Below, piece after piece: positions 55,868 to 64,000 of a stretch of 64,000 nucleotides of DNA. This DNA comes from Octopus sinensis (Eukaryota). Location of the stretch: positions 2,294,001 through 2,358,000 of the forward strand of contig NC_043017.1 of NCBI RefSeq assembly GCF_006345805.1. Reading direction: 5' to 3'. Made by a program: the position numbers and the translations under genes. Below the pieces are notes generated by a model. The model ran no database searches and was not told where the DNA came from. It saw only the letters and a list, made by a program, of their open reading frames with translations. Within the stretch, counting starts at the first letter, position 1. Each line of letters begins with the position of its first letter.

Positions 55868-56825
55868 TATATATATACATACATATACACGCGCACGCAA
55901 CAAATAAATTACTTGCACACACAGACACATATACAACAAATACACACATACATGTAGATAAGTATAACTGCATTTATAAATGGACTTTTAAACAGGAAAA
56001 TTGCAGATGCACACAATTATACATATATGTACATACATACATACATACATACATACATACATACATACTTATAAATATATATATGTATATACATATGTAT
56101 ATATATAAATATATTTGTATATGTGTGCATTTATCTTACTCCGTGTGCTTATGTCTTATATATTGTACTTGTATACATAAATATCTATCTATCTATCTCT
56201 ATGTATGTATGTATATCAACGCTTATAAGTATACACGTCTATATATATAATTATATATTGGTATGGATATATATATATATATATACATAGGTATGTAAAT
56301 GTATATATGTGTGTGTGTGGTGTGTGTGTGTGTGTGCGTGTGTGTGTAGACATAGGTACGTATATGTATGTGTGTGCGTGTTCTACACATATGCATATAG
56401 CTTAACCGGCTCTAGGGGACAGTTTCATTAGGGAGTTGGACTGCTGCCAAGGAAATGTAAGTCACTACAAACGAAAGCCATGAGGGTGCTCTCGGTCAAT
56501 ATCATCTGATTTATTTTCAGACATATTAAGGGTAAATAGTTTTTTGCCTGTAGCCCCAGGTAAAAGGATTTCTTGACACACAACCCTAAATAAAAAAAAA
56601 ATGCTCCTTGAAATTTTGCCGGAAAATAAACACAAAAAATATGGAATATACACATATAGTTGAGTTTAAATACTGCAAAATATTTGCCCTCTCTGGCAAT
56701 ATTTGAACAAATGTAAGGAACGTTTCTTTACTTGCGTAGCCGTTCACCATTCCAGTAAATATATTTTTTGTTTTGGTACCAAGATTTGTGTGTGCGTATG
56801 TGTGATTATGTGCTTATATATATGT

Positions 56826-56862
<37 letters not shown>

Positions 56863-57276
56863 CACATATACATAATTACGTATGTACATGCATACATATA
56901 TCTAAGCATAGGCTTGTGTGCGCTTGTGAGTGCATAGGTGTCAGCGTTTGTGTATACGTGTGCAAATGACAAAAAAAAACTTCCCCTTACAACATACTTC
57001 ACACAAATGTATTTACAAAATCAATTTAAATACAGAAATACAAATCGTTTCCTAATACATATGTGTGTGTATGTGCGCGCGTTTGTGTGCATGCTTATAT
57101 ATATATACATATATGCATATATATATATATATATATATATGTGTATAAATATATATATATATATATATATATACTCATATATATATGTATATAGGCATAG
57201 AAATACATTCATACCTATATAAACATACATATACATATATAGCGTGTACATTACTTATATGCATATATATATATAT

Positions 57277-57319
<43 letters not shown>

Positions 57320-57960
57320 GTATATGTATAAATAATATATATATGTAAACATATATACATAAATATACATTTATTCACTTGTACATACGTATATATGTAT
57401 ATAAAAATATATATATATACGTATATATGTAAATATATACACATATGTATGTACGTATATATATTTAATATATGTATATATATATATATATATGAATGTA
57501 GGTACTATCTATATATGTATGTACGTATGCATGTATGTAGGTAGGTATGTATGTATGTATGTATGTATGTATGTATGTAGGTAGGTAGGTAGGTATGTAG
57601 GTAGGTAGGTAGGTAGTTAGGTAGGTAGGTATATGCATGTATGCATGTACACCTAAGCCAGCAATAAACTCTGGATGTATATTCAGTCTTTATCAGGTGA
57701 AATCTTTAAATAGAGGTGCAAACAGCAAAAGTCACCAAGTGTGACATCTGTTGGCTGTGTATCAATTATGAGCCGAACTCTCCCATCAAGAAGAAAGAAG
57801 AAAAAAACATTTAATTCAATAAGAGAGTCTATAACTGATTCACCTCAGCATTTCTTTACGCTCGTGTTGTTCTTATTGTTGTCATGGCTGTTGTCTTCGT
57901 TGCTATGCCGTTGCTTTCACTTGATTTTTTTTTTTTTTTGTCATATTATCAGTGCTTAAT

Positions 57961-58550
57961 TAGCGAGCTGGCTGAAACGTTAGCACGCCGGGTGAAAAGC
58001 TTAGCAGTATTTCGTCTGCCGTTACGTTCTGAGTTCAGATTCCGCGGAGGTCGACCTTCATCCTTTCGGGATCAATTAAATAAGTACCAGTTACGCACTG
58101 GGTTCGATATAATCGACTTAATCCGTTTGTCTGTCCTTGTTTGTCCCCTCTGTGTTTAGCCCCTTGTGGGCAGTAAAGAAATAGGTATTTCGTCTGCCGC
58201 TACGTTCTGAGTTCAAATTCCGCCGAGGTCTACTTTGCCTTTCATTCTTTCGAGATCTATTAAATAAGTACCAGTTACGCACTGGGGTCGATGTAATCGA
58301 CTTAATCCGTTTGTCTGTCCTTGTTCGTTCTCTTAGTGTTTAGCCCCTTGTGGGTAGTAAAGAAATAGGTATTTCGTCTGCCGCTACGTTCTGAGTTCAA
58401 ATTCCGCCGAGGTCTACTTTGCCTTTCATCCATTCGAGATCTATTAAATAAGTACCAGTTACGCACTGGGGTCGATGTAATAGACTTAATCCGTTTCTCT
58501 GTCCTTGTTTGTCCTCCCTGTGTTTTTACCCCCTGTGAGCAACAAAAAGA
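57961..58550 (+). mobile_element. SINE family C trimer (one headed plus two head-less units)
   Basis: GTATTTCGTCTGCC starts at 58007, 58185 and 58369; units are joined by tail AAAGAAATAG. Confidence 0.92.
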
Positions 58551-59084
58551 AATATATATACATATATACATACACACACACACACGCGCGCGCAGATATC
58601 TACTACCAATATAGTTTCTACGTGGGTTTAAGAACTTAAAATTGGAAAGCAAAATGTCCTTCAATGCCTTCTGTCTATGACACGCTAACTTCAACCACCA
58701 TGATGTCAAATTTAGGTGCATACCTGACATTGATTTTATCATAATTACAAATAGCTGAAGAAATCTACCTTGAAGTTCTCATCGGTAACTCAAAGTCTAA
58801 GTCAATATCGATTATGGTTATAGATTACTGATCATAGACATTTTTTCCACAATATTCCTGAATAAATTCTTTCTATATTAGTGATTCCAAAAATATTGGC
58901 CTCGCCATGAAAGTATGGACAGACAGACAGACATGTAGATGGGTTGATGCATAGAAAGTGTCAAAATGTCTGTCTGATAGCGACAGGCTGTCAGCTGTCT
59001 GACAGACACACAGAATGTCTCACTGAGAAAGACAGACAGGCAGGCAGGCAGGCAGGCAGGCAAACAGACAGACAGACAGACAGG

Positions 59085-59152
<68 letters not shown>

Positions 59153-59851
59153 AAGGACAGATAGATAAGCTCTCAAACAGACAAAATGAAAGATACATGG
59201 TACGGAAAATATCCACGCGATATTCGATCAAAATCTTTCCTTCTATGACCACCCAGCCATTGTTACATATGCATATGACTCTACCACCCTTCTCATGTTC
59301 CAGAAAATGCAGAGCCATTTGAGGGATACATGGCTGGTATTTCTTGCATTTATATCATACACTGAGTATCCCTGCGGTGAATTGAAGATTTTTATGTGTA
59401 CTGTGTATTTCGTAACTAATTCTACGTTGATTAATTTTGATTAATAATTGACCGAGTATATTCTTAATTAGTATTTGATAAAAATAAATATAACTGATAC
59501 CCCACTCCCAGAACAACAGTTTATTTCTAGCTTGATTAGAATAATTAATAGTTTTAGTTTTATACCCAAATGTAACCGAGAAAATTGCCAACGAGGAGTA
59601 TTTTTCAAAAATTTAATTTGATTGTTAATTAATATCTCAAAATGAAAATTACCACATGATTATTGAAATTAGAAAGCAAAAACAAAAATAAACGAATTTC
59701 TCAGCAATATAACCGATTAAATTATTTCTGTAAATTATTAGGTGGATGTGGGATTTAAATTTTGTATTTATAATTAATCAGAAAATTTGAGAACCAATTA
59801 ATTAGTATTGGATTTCAAATTAGATGGTTACCATATACACATGTACACACA

Positions 59852-59915
<64 letters not shown>

Positions 59916-60211
59916 ATATATGTATATATATATGTATGTATATATATATATATATGCGAGTGTTTGTGAGTGTGTGAAATGTGTAAGTGTGTACGCATGT
60001 ATATATGTACTTATATATATATATAAAAAGTGCACTCGCATATACAAAAGTACAGACACATTTATACACACATTCATATATATAAATATATATATATAAT
60101 CGCACGCACACACACGTGCACAAACATATATGTAAATATATATATATACAAATTATATATATATATAAATGTGTGTGTATGCATGCACGTATGAATGTAT
60201 GTATGTATATA

Positions 60212-60247
<36 letters not shown>

Positions 60248-60609
60248 ATAATATATATATATATATGCTAGGATGTGGGATGTTAGCGTCTGTGCGTAAC
60301 ATTTCATATGATTACATTTAAGCTGCAAAATGTTTGAGATACACACTTGGTATCAAATGGGGGCTATTAGGTTAATATCGGTATGTTGTTTGTTTTATTT
60401 TGCAATTGCCATACAGTACAGTGTGTACTGACGAATATCGTATAAAACCTTATAATGTTTCATTTGAATATAAATAGGCATTTGATTGATATTTAAATTT
60501 CTATGGAACGAGCTTTGGCCGCCTGTCGTGTTTTGAACTATTTTGTTACGGAACCCAACCACGTATTTCGGAGTTAGAAACGATGTCTAGCGTTCAAAAC
60601 GTAAGGATT

Positions 60610-61060
60610 TGTACGCTGTGCTGGTCACTCTGCAGTAACAGTGGTGTCAGCATTACGCTTCCTTCGGGTGGTGCACTGTGCTGGTGACTCCGCAGCCTGT
60701 GCAGCAGCGGTAGTTTTAGCATTGCAAGCCCTCCATTTAGCATTGTTGTGGGGACAGTGAAGTCCTTGTAGCCGCAGTAGTTTCAGCATTACGCTTCCTT
60801 CGGGTGGTGCACTCTGCTGGTGACTCCGCAGCCTGTGCAGCACCAGCAGTTTTAGCATTGCATGCCCTCCAGGCAGTGCATTGCTGTGGGGAAAGTGCAG
60901 CCCTCGTAGTAGCAGTAGTTTCAGCATTACTCTTTCTTTGGGCTGTGCCCTGTTGTGGAGAGTCTGCAGCCGTTTCATCTGAACCAATTTTGGCAAGACC
61001 CGCCAACCGGATTACCCCGTTGTTGAGCTGACACAGCAGCCTTTGCAGATGAAGCATTTT
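60610..61060 (-). pseudogene. Frameshifted coding repeat of 69-bp units (23-aa STPR-like repeats), possibly Helitron-derived
   Basis: DSPQQGTAQRKSNAETTATTRAA / LSPQQCTAWRACNAKTAGAAQAA / ESPAECTTRRKRNAETTAATRTS; TCAGCATTAC recurs at 60647, 60783 and 60921; a 2-bp deletion shifts the frame. Confidence 0.55.
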
Positions 61061-61534
61061 TGGCAAGACAAATCCCAACTGCGTTCAGCTAACACGTCAC
61101 CCGTGATGAGCAGTTTTTAATAGAATCAGCTGAAACTACAGTCAAAGTAGTCTCGTTAAATCTGAAATGACAAAAGTTGACATGTCAGCTATACTGACAT
61201 GTCATTACTATAGATGTATAGTAATGTTATACTAAAATTACAATTGGCTAGAAGAGTTTTAATTGCCTCTCCTATAAAAAAAATCTCAAAACTTCTGGGA
61301 TGAACCTCGTAAATCTGTAGAGAGTTTCATTACATTTAGCTCTCATAAATGGAGATATATCCTTTCTGTAAATTGGCTGTCATGTTTGTGTAATGTAAAC
61401 AATTCTCTAATGAAGCAGACATTTTTATGTAACTGTCAACTACTTAATAATTGATCGGGGAAAATATTTCATGAAGTATTCTTGAAAACAGATACGAAAA
61501 ATACACCGAATACACATACATATTCTTACATATA

Positions 61535-61759
61535 TACAAGGGGGTTCTGAAAAGTTCTTGGCGTGAAGGGTGTCTCGAAACGCCTGGTTGGAGGCCAAAC
61601 ATTCCAAGTGCTTTTATAAGGCTTAGAAAAATTGAAGGGCCGCTGTAATAAATGTGTGAATCTGCGAGGGGAATATTTTGAGTAAAATCATAATTAACCG
61701 ATGCTTTATTTTTTTTTTCTACCCAAAGCCTGAAATTCTTCAGGACACCCTCACTCGTA
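61535..61759 (+). mobile_element. Mariner-derived MITE
   Basis: TA-flanked; TACAAGGGGGTTCTGAAAAGTTCTTGGC left end, degenerate inverted right end; internal sequence homologous to 22195-22383. Confidence 0.75.
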
Positions 61760-61936
61760 TATATAATTATATACATACGTATTTATATATACTATCTAAT
61801 TAAAGGACACAATACATATATTTAAGTGCTACTAATAGTTTCATATGTTGGGAAATATCTCAAACATATTCATCATAACGATTTATATGTAAGTATGTAT
61901 ATTATATATTATATATATTATATATACATATATATG

Positions 61937-61971
<35 letters not shown>

Positions 61972-62000
61972 GTATATATAATATATATATATATATATAT

Positions 62001-62040
<40 letters not shown>

Positions 62041-62367
62041 TTATATACATATATATATATACTTTTACTTGTTTCAACAGGAAACACAGAAGAAACGGAC
62101 CTGATTAAATCGCTTATGCATACATAGATACGGAAAGACAGACATACGAAGTACATACGTACATAGACAAAAATATCTTGTTACTGATGTTGAAATTCCA
62201 ATGAAGTTTAGAAACGAGCTTCTTCTCTATTGGCAAGATATCTTGAAATAAAACTGAACAATGACATGGATGTATATGTTCATGTATCTTTTACTCTTAC
62301 GATACATACGGGACAGCGGCTATCATTTGGCTGCACGCATGCATACACACACACACAGACAGAGACA

Positions 62368-62410
<43 letters not shown>

Positions 62411-62513
62411 TATATATATAGAAATAATAAATATTAGGGAATGAATCCAAAATTACAGGGAAAAATCAGATTAGGGTTAATCCAATTTTATAGTAACATA
62501 TTTATAATATAAT

Positions 62514-62626
62514 TCGAGACAACCACTATTTTAAAACCAAACAAGAAAAGACTTAATCAATACATAAAATTTTATGTATTGATTAAGTCTTTTCTTGTTG
62601 GTTTTAAAATAGTGGTTTTGTCTCGA
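62514..62626. repeat. Zero-spacer palindrome (113 bp)
   Basis: Symmetric about AAAA|TTTT (62569/62570); arms of 56 and 57 nt differing only by small indels. Confidence 0.95.
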
Positions 62627-62635
62627 TATATATAT

Positions 62636-62698
<63 letters not shown>

Positions 62699-62730
62699 GT
62701 ATAGATAGATATGCATATATATATATATAA

Positions 62731-62877
62731 AATTAAGAGGAAGGACCACTAAAATGGACACATAATATGCAAAAATAGATGTCAAATCGCCATACCACGA
62801 ACAATGTATGGTGATGGCGATTTGACATCTATGTTTTGCATATTAGGTGTCCACTTTAGTGGTCCTTCCTCTTAATT
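62731..62877. repeat. Inverted repeat, 63-bp arms, about 20-nt spacer
   Basis: AATTAAGAGGAAGGACCACT...AAATCGCCAT is inverted at 62814-62877; flanked by microsatellites. Confidence 0.95.
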
Positions 62878-62921
62878 CTATATGTGTATATATATATGCA
62901 TATCTATTTATCTAAATATCT

Positions 62922-62981
<60 letters not shown>

Positions 62982-63648
62982 CATGTATACACATATTTTG
63001 TATATACATATGTGTGAGTATATGCGTGCGTATATGTGTGTGTGTACGTGTGGATACGAGTGTGTAACTATGTGAGCGTGACCACAATTACCCATACCTT
63101 AAACCGAGAGTTTCTTACTGCTTTGATGTGCGCTCTGCAGACATCTGTTTTCGACATACAAATTACTAGCGTTCTTAACTCCCAATTTAATTACCTCTTC
63201 CATATTTCAAACTTAAATGTTTACTTTTAGCCAGCGCACACACGCCTCTCGAATACATACATACATACATACATATATACATATATACATATACGAAGAC
63301 ATACACACAAACCCTCACACATACACACAAACACACATATATATAGAGAGAGAGATTCATATATATCTATGCACACACGTATTCATATATACATATATAC
63401 ATGCTTACATAGTGATATATATATATATGTATATATATACATATGTATATATATACATACACGCCCACACATGGAGATAAAGGAAGTGTTAAGTGATAAT
63501 CAATTCTTAAAGCTTTAAATAAAGGCGTTTCCACCAAGGCTTTCGTATCTTCAAAGATATTGCTCTTCGTATATTTCTGTTAACAATCTCCCTTTAATTA
63601 TTTATTTAGAAAAGCCGCAATTTTTAATGAGCTATTAGACATGAAATG

Positions 63649-63691
<43 letters not shown>

Positions 63692-64000
63692 CATACATAC
63701 ACACACATATATATATATATACATATATATATATGTATATGTGTGTGTGTTTATATGTATGTATGTATACATCATACTTGATTGTGTTTGTGTGTGTATA
63801 TGAATGTGTGTGTGTGTGTGTGTTTGTATGGGTATGTGTCTTTGTGTCACTGTTTTACACCACTTTACTCCTTTGGAATAATATCAGTGATGTCTTCGAA
63901 ACATGTGTCGGAAGTAAAAGAATTTGAATAAAACCTGCGTTAAACTCCATTTATATATATATATGTGTGTGTGTGTGTAAGTATATGCGTTTATGCAAGT

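Noticed and set aside
56440-56570. Cluster of splice-like signals suggesting micro-exons
   Set aside because: Implied introns are only about 20-60 nt, and TAGCCCCAGGT also appears at about 44130, likely repeat-derived.
63098-63157. Minus-strand [20 protein letters not shown] followed by GTATGG donor
   Set aside because: Plausible but short and unrecognised; expected by chance in 64 kb.

Overview
AT-rich, repeat-saturated eukaryotic non-coding DNA. The SINE families, microsatellite style and LINE/Penelope remnants point to an octopod cephalopod (Octopus-like); this is recognition from memory, not a database result. I found no intact host gene: almost all ORF-track entries are translations of (TA)n, (CA)n, (AGAT)n, (CAC)n or (CAT)n repeats. 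Supportable content: at least 4 tRNA-derived SINE families (about 25 full or partial copies); decayed R4/Dong-like, RTE and Penelope-like retroelements; mariner remnants and MITEs; foldback palindromes embedded in microsatellites; minimal hammerhead-ribozyme motifs; a 69-bp (23-aa, STPR-like) coding repeat; and a 100-N scaffold gap at 47258-47357. Best finding: a complete 1927-bp retroposon at 35926-37852, flanked by a 14-bp target-site duplication. It encodes only a decayed ORF1 (CCHC knuckle, no reverse transcriptase), and its 3' tail closely matches the tail of a local SINE family, suggesting a LINE / half-LINE / SINE partner system.
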